Source: Tubiluchus corallicola (taxonomy: Eukaryota; Animalia; Priapulida). From it: a stretch of 64,000 nt of DNA. The notes beneath the pieces were generated by a model. That model ran no database searches and was not told the origin of the DNA. It saw nothing but the letters and a program-made list of their open reading frames with translations. Shown piece by piece: positions 22,601 through 33,900 of this stretch; the first letter of the stretch is position 1, and every line of letters begins with the position of its first letter. Location of the stretch: positions 1,599,173 to 1,663,172 of the forward strand of contig JAQGDQ010000007.1 in the NCBI GenBank assembly GCA_030141605.1, in the 5' to 3' direction. The translations under genes and the position numbers were made by a program.

Positions 22601-25600
22601 GCAACGATAGGACGGGAAAACATCCACCTCAACGAGACCAACGTCATAATTAGCAAGGCAAATGATACCGACTCAACTTTAGCGAATTCAGAGGAACCAG
22701 GTTACCAGCCTATTTTCTAACCAGCACGTGCGTTGCTTAACTGCACTTACCAAGCAAGTGCTGTAATCACTCGACTTTTCACCTGTCCTTATAGTTACTA
22801 TTTAGTTCAGAAGACGTTTATGTCGTAAAGTCGTGGCAGTTGTGTATTAAATTACGGCAAGTTTAAGAATTACAGTACAGATACACAGCCTGTAAGACAA
22901 ACCAGCAAATACTGCATTGTAATTAATCAGTAATTCAATAAATGGAAGGTATTTGCTCTAGAAGGTAACTGCAAGCTTAACTGCAACTTGTTTTTCGAGA
23001 TACAAAAATATCAGCGCGTAAAGTCTGCGCTGCATTAATAATGTTTACAGATAAGACGAAGCTTGACCGGGTAAATTTGCTACAGCGAAATTGCGACTGT
23101 TATGGAAGTTACAAAATTAGTACCTGGCTGATCATTCACTCCTGGCGATTGCGCATCATCAGCAAACAGACATCTCAGTTCCGCCAAAATGTAACAGCTG
23201 CCGTGGCTACCTCCTAGTCCTTGTCAAATATTTAATTTGTTAGTTTATTCACGTGGGCGTTTTGAATATCGATGCTTGCGTTTTCCATTACGGTTAATCT
23301 GGTTACGCGTGACGGTTTCCCAGCATCCCTGGTAATTTGAGGATGATACTCTGGAAACCCCTGATGTTTTTATCCAACTAGTCTCTCTCATAAACACCTG
23401 CAGGTGTACCTACCGCTACATTTGACAAGCTTTAATGCATTTGACGTGAAGTGAAACACTTTAAAAACAGCAATTTCTTTTCTAAAACGAGGAGCATTCT
23501 CGCCAATTAAGGTATTACCTGCCTGGGATTGACTGCCTGGGGACACCTGTTGCTTATCTACATTTGAAGTACCATTTGTCCAATCCGGTCATTGTTACCT
23601 GTGCAGTGATCTGTGCAAGAACGGTTTCTCTGTCATCTGTGTTGTAGGTAAACAGATTTAGAGAAAATTCGACGTCTAAACAGACAAGATGCGTTACATA
23701 CCTGCCTAATTGACGATAAACTGTTAGTAACTTGAAAATTCGTTAAAAATCAAAAAATGTTAACTGATGTGAAAACAGTTTTTTAAATAATATGCGCCAT
23801 TATAGAAGAATTCAGCTAGCAGAAGCTAACAGAGAATGAAATGACAGGCAGAAAACAGAAAGAAAGAGATATACAGACAGACAGAAAGCAGACAGTTAGA
23901 GGGAGGAAAAAGCACTGAGACAGAGAGAGAGAGAGGTCGAGATAAGAGAGAGATAGTTAGCGACAGGTGAAGACAAAAAGAGACAGGGAGACGGGCACAG
24001 AGAGAGGGGATGGGAGGAATTGGAGGGCCAAAGGAGACAGTTATGCCTTCACAGCAATTGCTGCACTTGTCAGAGAAAAGTACAAGTGTCATTAAAATCT
24101 CGCAGTAATGTAATATGGCTTGTGTTTTAGTGAAAGTATAGCAAAACTCTACTTGGATACACGATGCTGCCATTAATTTGACGTCAAACATATTGGTCTA
24201 GCGCTCCGCCTCCGCTGTAACGTAAGCACGCTCAGCGGCATTCGGCACAACAGCTCACGCTGGACAACAACTGTCTCAACTAAACTAAACTAAACTAAAC
24301 TAAACTAAACTAAACTAAACTAAACTAAACAGCATAACGGTCACAACTAATGTCTAATCAGCAGATAAACTCATTGTACTTTTTTATAAACACAAATTTG
24401 CAGAGCAGCAGCTAATTTTACACGAAATTAACACTTCAAGTAGCCAAAAATGACTTATCAGTTTAAACATAATATAGAGACGAAGTTTCAAAGCCCTACA
24501 AAATAAAGAGACATAAGTATAATGAAGAAACTAAGCTAGTTAGTCTTGCTTTACAATAAATGAACAACAAAAATATTAAGTCTCTCTTGCCTTTGAATAT
24601 ACGAACATCATTCATGCCTACTATGTCTTTTTTTCCTACATTAACTGATTATGTGCTCGTCTGCAAGATTTATTTAGTTTTTGTATTTTTCCGTTTGGTA
24701 GGCTAAGGAAAATGGAACAAATTTGATTGTTCCATTCCATAGACGACCCTTATATTGAATGCCCGAGTTACATAATCCCAATGGCATCTTCAAACCATGA
24801 TTATAACCAGAAAAGTAGTGTAAAATTAACTAATATTATATTGATTTATGATATAGATTTTGACCACATTTAAATTAACTCTGACTGCGAAGATCTCATT
24901 GAGGTTTATAAAAACTGGGCGGAAAAGAAAACATTTTGTTTTGTCCTAATTTAAAGTTAATCATATACCGTAAAACGGGGTGAGTTCGCCACCCGAGGGT
25001 GAGTTCGCCACCCCTTACGTATTGGCCATTGTAGGTTTGCTGTAACTATTGTTCAGTGTTTAATGAACAGATATCATGATCACCGTCATTATAAGCAGTT
25101 TACGACAGTTATCTTCTTTCAATTCGCACTAGAAGTATTCCATTCTGCGCTACATATTATTTGTCTACTATTTCTTGCTACTTAACATGCCACGCACCTG
25201 CACCCCTGTACCGGGTCATAGATACCAAAATTATACCCCAGAAGCTCTGGAAGCTGCCCTACATGCCGTCAAGAATACCAACAGGACAATCAGCCCAGCG
25301 GCGAGGCAATTCGGAGTTCCAAGAAAGACCCTTTCTGACAAACTCTCAGGAAGTCATCCCCGGAAGACCGGAGGTCAGCCAGTGTTCTCCGCCGCCGAGG
25401 AGCACGAAATCGCCAACACTCCCAGTGGCCGCTGAGTGGGGGTTCCCAATGGCTGCCATCGATCTCCGACTAGTGATTAAGAGTGTTCTTGACGCGAAGG
25501 GAATCCAGGAACGACGATTCAAGGCAAACACCCCTGGAATAGACATTGTCAAATCATTCGCCCGAAGGAACAATCTGGTTTTCAGAGTGGCTGGCAACAT

Positions 25601-28600
25601 CAAGGGCGCCCGCGTGAAGATCAGTGCAGAAGACGTTCAAGCCTTCCTTGCCAATGTAGAAGTTTCTATTTGAAAACTAAAACTAGACATTTTTTATAAT
25701 TTTTTCATAGGGTGGCGAACTCACCCCCAACCAGCCAATCACAACCAGTTAATTTCAGCTGCCTAGAATGGCATTAAACAGTGTTAAATTGTTAGTGGCG
25801 AATTCACCCCACGATAGTGTTTTATTCGAAGGGCAATATAAAGCTTGAACTAAGAAAATCGGTTTGGTAATTCTCTTGCTATGGCAGGAAACGTAAAAAA
25901 ATACCCTTAAAAAGTGGCGAACTCACCCCGTTTTACGGTAGTTGTTTTTATCTAACTTGCAAAGCCGTGAAGTAAACTAAACTGCGTATTTTCTTGACTG
26001 TAAAATGATTTAGTCAGCAACTCACAGACGTTAAACGTTGTGCGTTTCTTCCCATAAACGAAACTAAACTATATATTTTCACTAATTCATTTGCAATTTC
26101 AATTGACAATAATAAAATCTAGAACCAGGCCAATATTTCTCCCACTGACTAATGAAAAGTTGAGCATTTTTCATAACAGTGTTAGACGCAGCTTTAGCTC
26201 AATGTCCCGAACGTACCTGCGTTATTTAAACTCTGCAGGTGTGTGAAATAAATTGCACGCTGATTGGACGATTAACGAAAATGATTGACAATACGTTAGA
26301 TGTCAATTCCTTAATGATACATGCAAGTGTGTGCCTCGGTCCCACCACTGTCTTTCCATAATAGTGTAGCTACGATTTTTGTCCCTCGGAGCTATAATAA
26401 ATGCAATATGCTATATGCCTTTGATTATATTAACCTTTGACGTAAAAACCTGTCTAATGGACGAATATCCGTATCCGCGTTCATGGTTTCTTCATTATCT
26501 AACTTGTGCTTTATTAAATCCGGCTTTAATCCTGTATATTGTTTTTACGAATTGAATGGAAAGTTTATTTTAAGCGACACAAATACTGTTTTTCAAACTG
26601 CGTAAGCAGTGGTAATAACCTAACATACAAGCTACTTGTCGCAAACATACCTACTTTAGATCCTTTATACAGAACATAAATAAAGACACACGCATACCTT
26701 TAGTTATTTATAGTGTAACAAACTAACTCCTCCAGGTTTCGCCAAGTTTATTGCAGGTGTCATTTGGGATTTTTGAAGGTTTGTCTAACAAATTGATCAC
26801 CACTTTAGTTTTCAAGACTCAACGGAATACCTAGCTCATGAAAGTGTAATTTTGATTCTAACAATACTTTCCCTATAATATATTTAACTGCAGTGCCAGT
26901 CAGCAATAACAGTGACGGGCTTTATTCTATCACCTTGATGTTTTAAACAAACCTTCTTTCGGGCTCTTTGTATGTCATGATAAATATAACCGTATTTGTG
27001 TTTTCCTAGTTCTATAGTTTGGAATGCAAGTGTTATTTGGCTGAATTTCCGATATGACCCCAGTTGAGATTATTGTGGCCCGTTTCCTGTACAATTCCTT
27101 AACATTTTAAAACTACAACCCAGACGATTGCTTGAATACCCTTTGCAATCCGAAAAATCTCTGCACTAACAATCGAGTTGAAAGTTTGACAGAGTTACTC
27201 CAGCATATATTGCATTAATCTACCTTATAACAGCATGCTGAAAGACGGCAGTATGTTTAAGGATGACTATTATAATGTTATGCTGATAATGTAGTTGTTC
27301 AACTTGAGCGATGGAGCGGGGAAAAGCTCTCCAAAAATGTTCTTTGTCCAAAAATGCAGATAATGGCCAATGCAAAAAATTTATTTACTGTCAGTCTCCA
27401 TTCTTCGATTATACAATTTGGGAGCAAGTCTCTGGGGAGGGAGGCTAATTCTGGCTATCGTTACATTACATCACTTAATTTATCCATAAATTCTTGCACC
27501 GAACTGCTTACAATACCTTGTTATGATTACTGGCATTTTTCATTTCTTATTCTGCACAGAAACTTGAGCGGAAAAAATAAGTGTTAAGTAACGGGAAATC
27601 AATGCAAAATTGTCGCATAATACCAGGTGTAGCCCTTTTTTATCTTCACGGCATCACGAAACAGTATCAGCTAAACCCATATACATACACCCGAACGTTG
27701 CTTTTTTTGTTCAATACGCGATGAAGAAACGTTACCAACAACGTATATGTGCTAAGTTACTCTTAAGACATTTTCCAAACTGGAGCAAAATAAAACTATA
27801 TTTTATTTCTGTTACACTGTAGATGTATGGCAAAATCTCGATGTTGGTCATTTGACCAACTATGCGTTTTTATACCGCCCCATACCGTGTCGCAGAAGAT
27901 CAACTCGCCATCTGATGTCCCCGATGCAGTCCTTGTTTACGAACTCTGTGTTTCGAACGCTTGATATTTTTTGTACTTTTTTTAAAAAAAGAAAGATCTG
28001 TTTCCGAGGATACCCTATAGTTTCAGCTAAATAGGTGCTCGTTAGTTGCATGGTTTAGATTAGGAAAATGAATATTAAAGGATGCATTTTAATTATTCAA
28101 AATTTTTCATTTTCTTTATTCTAGGTACACATCTTATCACATTTTATTTTGGATGGTGTGTGCGTACGCTGGCGAGGATGGATAGACTCACAACGATTAG
28201 ACGGTATAGGATGGCTTGAACTAGACGAAGAACGAGCGCGAGTAAGTCCCGAAAGCTTATTATAAACTGTGTCGTATTTATTCATTAAGCGTAAAACTAA
28301 ATCTACTATTACATGGTTCAGAGAGTGTCACTGATGAAAGCCGCCCATAAAGCAATTTTCATATTCTAAATCAAATACGTCAGCTGATGTTCTATAGCTA
28401 GCTAGACTTCTCTAGAATTATTTATTAGGTAACGATATTTTTAGATGTAAAAGCTTTTACAACATCCATCATTAAACGTTGTAGCTGGTTCAGCATAAAC
28501 GAGTTTTTGTCGTTAAGGAAATTTGTGAACTTTTTAAATACACATAAAAATTTGTTTATTACTTTTTATATATCACATAGGCCTATACATAAATGTCATG

Positions 28601-30453
28601 AATTAATCATTTTCATTTTTCCTTTAATTTTCATTGCATTTGTTACAACCTTTACCGAACCTTTCTTTGTTATATATGCGAAATGTCGACCTCCGTTTAA
28701 TAATGTCCATCTGTTTAATAACACTTCAAGAAAATACAAACAGAGAGGTGATAATAGGTGAATATAGAGCTGAGGAAGTTTCAATGGTTCATCTTATATC
28801 ACAGTTCAACATATTTAGCTGCGATAATTACTGTATAACAATTAAACGCTCTTTATTTTGCATAACGTCATTACTTATTTGACTTTCGTTATCATTATTT
28901 TGATCAATTCATCTTAGTCAAAATTCAACAGGTGTGCTAAAAACGATACAGCCATCTGCGATATAATGGTTAGCTTCGCTTGCGATTAGATCATCAAATT
29001 ACAGGTATTCATTTGAAATCGGCTGAATTATATAAGAGACCTTTGTATCTGGGGTTGTCACCAGCTCGTTGCTAACAACGAAAATGAATACGATTTAAAC
29101 TAATTAAACAAAGTGCGCGTGCCGGTACCTTAGAAGTAATCCATTGTTATACCGCGGTGTGACGGTTGTGTTTTGGTTACCATTCACAAGCCACTATTCA
29201 ATTAACAGTGTTGCGGAGTTATAATATTTATGAAATACACTGTAAAACGTATTACCATCCAATCAATAGAAATGTCTCAAACTTGACTCGCGAGTAAAAA
29301 TTTACGATTTTTTTAAATATGGGAATTGTGATAAAAGCGCGTGAGCATGAATTTATAGGCAAACAAAGTATACATCAATTTTTTGGTAATTGCAAAAATT
29401 GTAAACACACAAGTATAATGTCAGTATAGCCCAACCAAAACACAAATTTAGTATGAAAACAAAATTGATTAAATGCATTACTACTATAGTGACTACACTT
29501 CCTTTTCAGAATGAAGACGTGATATTACAGGAACAAGTAGAACAATACAACAGACGTTTACGAGAGTTTGAAGAACGACATAGAACTTATAAAGAAGAAC
29601 AAAAATTAGTAAGTTTCAATGTTTCAGCAAATTAAGCTACTGCCTATTTGTATTTTGACATTATTTGGAGGTGAAAAGTTGAGTAACTACGATATGCGCA
29701 TATAGCGAATGAAGTTAAACAATGCCGAGCTTGGTTAACGAATGGGTGGCAGCCGAGAAATATGTTTCTGGGACGTTTTGCCTACCATATTGCTCTGGCT
29801 GTTTATATTCCTGACCAGTGGTGCGTTACTTTCTGAACTCCGTTATGTGAGGTGCACCTCTATCGAATCTGATGTTTTTTAAACAGTTCAGAACGAATTG
29901 TGTATCGGATTTCGCATTTAACTGTAGATATATGCTCAACCCAATGGCTGCTTAAACTTTCAGATTTCTCTAAACCTTTACTTACTTTTACAAAATGTTT
30001 TCCTGTGACAAGTTTATAATATAGTATGAGCAAAAAGTCATCATAGTCGAAGCAGAGGCCAGAGAATGACATTTGCAACCTGAAATAAACTGGGATTGGT
30101 GCCCACTGCCCATACATTAGAGGAGCGTCTAACTCTGAGTCACCACGATGCAGTGTCCGTCTGGGAGGAAATGAGATACTCTTTTGCTAGAAAGTCAGTG
30201 ACTCAGACTTCAAAAAGTAAACTGTTGCCCTTGTGTAGGTAGTGAAGGAGTGGCCTAATACATGTATATCCTTACTCTACGTTCCATGTAAACGGTAGAG
30301 ATTAAGACGTTACTTAATTTCGAATAAACACACAACGTTTGCGTCTTGTGCATTACATTTTACAAAGTTATTTTATCTTTTTTTCAGTTAACAGTTCCCG
30401 AATCAGACATAAGAAAAATGGAACTGGAAGGCAGCGAAAGCGACAGCAACTGA
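19667..30453 (+). CDS. CBFB: Core-binding factor subunit beta (CBF-beta / Brother / Big brother), 187 aa from the conserved Met, 6 exons
   Basis: Exons 19667-19744 (MPRVVPDQRTKFEQEEPFKRLSRESE), 20610-20696 (VRYTAFRDRPHEER...), 20822-20938 (AFVTSGTNL...), 28125-28241 (VHILSHFILDGVCVRWRGWIDSQRLDGIGWLELDEERAR), 29510-29608, 30388-30453. All introns are phase-0 GT-AG. In-frame upstream ATGs at 19619 and 19631 could add 12-16 aa. The last exon is the least certain. Confidence 0.93.
22440..22750 (-). mobile_element. Degenerate 5S rRNA-derived SINE-like element in CBFB intron 3
   Basis: 22698-22745 reads on the - strand as AGTTAAGCAACGCACGTGCTGGTTAGAAAATAGGCTGGTAACC, resembling the metazoan 5S box A-IE-box C region. 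Body boundaries are approximate. Confidence 0.35.
23850..24040. repeat. GA-rich low-complexity tract
   Basis: Degenerate (GA)n/(GACA)n run. Confidence 0.75.
24278..24330. repeat. (AAACT)n microsatellite
   Basis: About 10 perfect pentamer units. Confidence 0.95.
24968..25938 (+). mobile_element. Internally deleted pogo/Fot1-like (Tc1/mariner superfamily) DNA transposon in CBFB intron 3
   Basis: Perfect 25-bp TIR CCGTAAAACGGGGTGAGTTCGCCAC with TA on both sides (24966-24967, 25939-25940). Extra subterminal copies of GGGTGAGTTCGCCAC. Contains a transposase N-terminus remnant. Confidence 0.9.
25187..25673 (+). pseudogene. Frameshifted, truncated pogo-type transposase (psq HTH + CENP-B-type HTH; DDD catalytic domain missing)
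   Basis: MPR...YQNYTPEALEAALHAVK...ISPAARQFGVPRKTLSDKLSG...GGQPVFSAAEEHEIA, frameshift near 25420, then AEWGFPM...DLR...RFKANTPG...SFARRN to a stop at 25673. Confidence 0.8.
29687..30315 (+). mobile_element. 5S rRNA-derived SINE (SINE3)-like element or 5S pseudogene in CBFB intron 5
   Basis: 29711-29763 GAAGTTAAACAATGCCGAGCTTGGTTAACGAATGGGTGGCAGCCGAGAAATA aligns by eye with the 5S internal control region (GAAGTTAAGCAACGTCGGGCCCGGTTAGTACTTGGATGGGTGACCGCCTGGGAATA). A GC-richer non-coding body follows. The 3' boundary is approximate. Confidence 0.45.
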
Positions 30454-30912
30454 CAGTAACTGACCGCGTAGTGTGTACATATAGCCCTTTACAATCACTA
30501 CATAGAAATGTTGGACAGCGTGTAACAGTTACTGATGGTTACTAGTACGTGGCATACAATTTAATTTAACCGTTCCATACTACAATTGTGATTTTTTGTT
30601 TCTGTAATAAACTGAATTGCCACTTCTTTAACTATAAGTGTAACAGTGCTATGTCACTGACATATAAAAAAATAACATGACATTCAGATATTCACATGCC
30701 AAACTAGTATAGCAAAGTGACAGCGATCAATTTACAGTCACTGGTCGCTACCACATAGAAATGTTGCACAGCGTCTAACAGTTGCTGATTTTTGCTAGTA
30801 CATTGCGTGCTACTTAACTTAACCGTTCCACATTATAATTACATGATTTTTGCCCGTTTAACTGTAAGTGTATCACATATCAAAAATGTCATTCTGATAT
30901 TCATATGCCAAA
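30451..30912 (+). repeat. Diverged tandem duplication in the CBFB 3' region
   Basis: Two units (~30451-30717 and ~30718-30912) share ACATAGAAATGTTG.ACAGCGT.TAACAGTT.CTGAT, TTAACCGTTCCA, TTTAACT.TAAGTGTA and CATTC.GATATTCA.ATGCCAAA. Confidence 0.8.
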
Positions 30913-33900
30913 GTAAACTAAGCTAAAGACTAAGTATTTCTAGGCCTCTTTCTAACTTTGTGTTTACATGACAAATTGAGCATCACACGAAAAAGTGTAG
31001 TAGTATGCTGCAGCAAAGTTCAATAAGTGTAAAACACTAAGAAAGTACTGTTACTAGGCTCTACTGAAGTCGCAATTTTACAGTATACGCATATACTTTA
31101 GCAGCATAAGTTAAAAGCATTTGTTGTAATCAGCTATACAGAACTTTTATTTAATTAAGCAGGATAAATCCAGAATGAATGTCTTTTGTCTTGCCATTGC
31201 GCCAAAGTGAGATATACATGTATTTGTAATATGTAAATGTGCTAAAAAGCAGTTATTAATTTATTCCCGCGCCAAAATTCGAGCGATTTTACAAACTTTT
31301 TGAAATTGTTTTGCCAAAAACTGATAGTTGTGAGAATTTATTTCTGTGTGAAACTTCTCAACCACGAAACAGAAAACAGGAACGCTGTCAAATTATAATT
31401 TATATGAAGTCTGTAATTCCCATAACAATTGTGTTTTGATAGTGACCATTTACTTTCATACAAGAAAATAATGGAATATTCTTCTTAACTCTTGGTCTGT
31501 GGACCTGTAGCAGCCCGAAAAAATATAGTGGTCTACTTAAACAATTTACCAAAAATTTCATCTGTATGCAAAAATCTAGCAATCGCACATTATTATGATT
31601 TCTATGCGGTATTTCTCAGTATTTCAAACACTGTAAATCGGTTTTTAATTACTGGTATTCAACCGAAATTTACATCACGTTTTCATCACCGCATTTACTT
31701 ACAAGTTGTAAGTAACCTCGAGGTCTCACACGACTTTTCTGCTAGAACATGTAACGTTTACCATGTGATTATAGTTATTATTTATTATTTAAATTTCTAT
31801 TTGAATGAATGATGATAAATTGTATTATGTTCTTCAGCATGTATGATTATGAACTTTCAAACTTTAAGCTGACAACTAAAGTAAGTGAAAAGAGTGCGTC
31901 ACAAATTCACAGTTTTAAATAATTATTTCTGTGTGGGCGTCTGTCAAACCCGTGGATGTAGTATTTGGATTATCTTGCAACTTAGCATCTTCTCACTTTG
32001 CAGTGAAAAACCTAAAGTCTCCATAGATAGTAATGGGGGGCTTTCTGAAATTAAATCAAAAGATATTTCATAATAACTACGCGCTTATTATTATAGTATA
32101 TTACAGTGTTATGCAGAGATGCACACCGAACTAAATATTAAGTTGTAGTATTTCTCCTGTTCGCTACATAGGTTTTTCACTTGTTCTCACAATCACTTAA
32201 CATGTTGCACTGTAAATTTGCCTTTTATTTGCACAAATAATTGTGTTGTTCTTAAGAGCACAAAAATGCGTAAAAAATTTGTGGTTTATTTAATATATAG
32301 ATAAAAAATTTATATATTAATTTGCTGCAAATATCAAAAGTGTATAGAATTTTTACTTATGAGAAATTCCCGGTACAAAATGCAGGCATTAGCTATATAC
32401 AACTTCAATGTTCCATGACATTTTTTGTACGTGTATCTATATCTATTTATATCATAACGTATTATGTAGGTAATTGTTATATTCGTTGCTATAATGTTAT
32501 TGATTTGTTTAATTTGTTTAGTTGTCTTGACGTAAGATCATAATGTTGCTTTTAGTACTATACAGTTGTACCTCAGTTTTACGTAGATTTGTATCGTGAA
32601 TTCGTTTAGCTAACTTTTCGCTACATGAGTTTCAAGCTGGCATAACGTGAATGTATTCGAATACGCCGTTTTCTGCATGGTGAGCCAGTCGATGTTGGTA
32701 ATGATATTTCAGTAAACTTCTACATAAAACGTTCAGAGAATGGATCGTAACAATTCAGTTTCAAGAAATCATAGTGACGAAAGTCATTAAACTTGCTAAG
32801 GGAAAGTCCGAAACTATCTGTATAAGTATAAAGGATTCAGAAATAGACGTAACTTTGTAAATTAATTTTCAGAAGAAAAATGTGAAACGGTCCCTATTTT
32901 GGTTAGTGCAAGCCTAAAATCGCCAGCTATTCTCCAGAACTTTTGGTAACAATTCTGTAACGGGTGAACAAAATTTTTATTAAAATTTGTGCACTGAAGG
33001 AACTCACTTTTTCACCCATTTGAGCGTGAAGTTCATTTCCCCACAGCAAATGCCAAACAGTACATTCTTCACATTGTTCTTATTCGCCCGTCTTGTTTAT
33101 CTTCATTGACAAAGACTTTCATGCCAAATTAATTTAGCATTTTCACACACACACACACACAGTTCCTTGCAGGCCTGGGTGCAGAAAACGAGTCAATTTT
33201 CCGGATTGTTAGAGTTCTTCAGTCACAGCAGCACAGAGCAGTAAAGTACTCCTATACGGATATTTTATAAACCTTCTATTTTTTCGATTATCGCGACATT
33301 CAGAAATCCATTAGGTCGGTAACTAAAACCACATCAGCTCACCAAACATTACGATAACGGATCGTTTTTGGTTTCGTTTTTGCTAAAAACAAGTAGTGCC
33401 TTTTTGCGCGTTTACGAAAGACGATTGACAGTGCTTATGCACACAATTACATTTGCATCATGGGCGTACTGCAGTAGGCATTTATCAAATATCTTGTAAG
33501 ATAGCCTATGCCTAAAATTTCACACTTTGTACTAAGTCAATCATTTTGCAAACTATTTCACCTCTTATTTTGTATTAAATTAAGTGTTTATGCATCTAAG
33601 TCATATGCAGAATAGCATACCAATGTTTGCGTCAGTTACATGCATAAAATGTATATTTGCTGAACCTTAACTAGGTTCAGTAGTGCAAAATGCTCGTTTG
33701 TGCTTAAATGAAGGTGATTATTATTATAATTAAATTTACAATACTATTATTTTTATAAAGAGAAAGTAATGTGTGCACTTTTATTTTATCATAGCTTTTA
33801 TGTGTATCTTTTTTGCTAGTTTAGAGCTTCATGCGAAACTTTAACAACTGGAACGTCATTTGACATTCTCAGAACACGACCAATCCACTTTGACTAGCAT

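Noticed and set aside
23826-24191. 121-aa Ser/Leu-rich ORF
   Set aside because: Derived from the GA-rich low-complexity tract.
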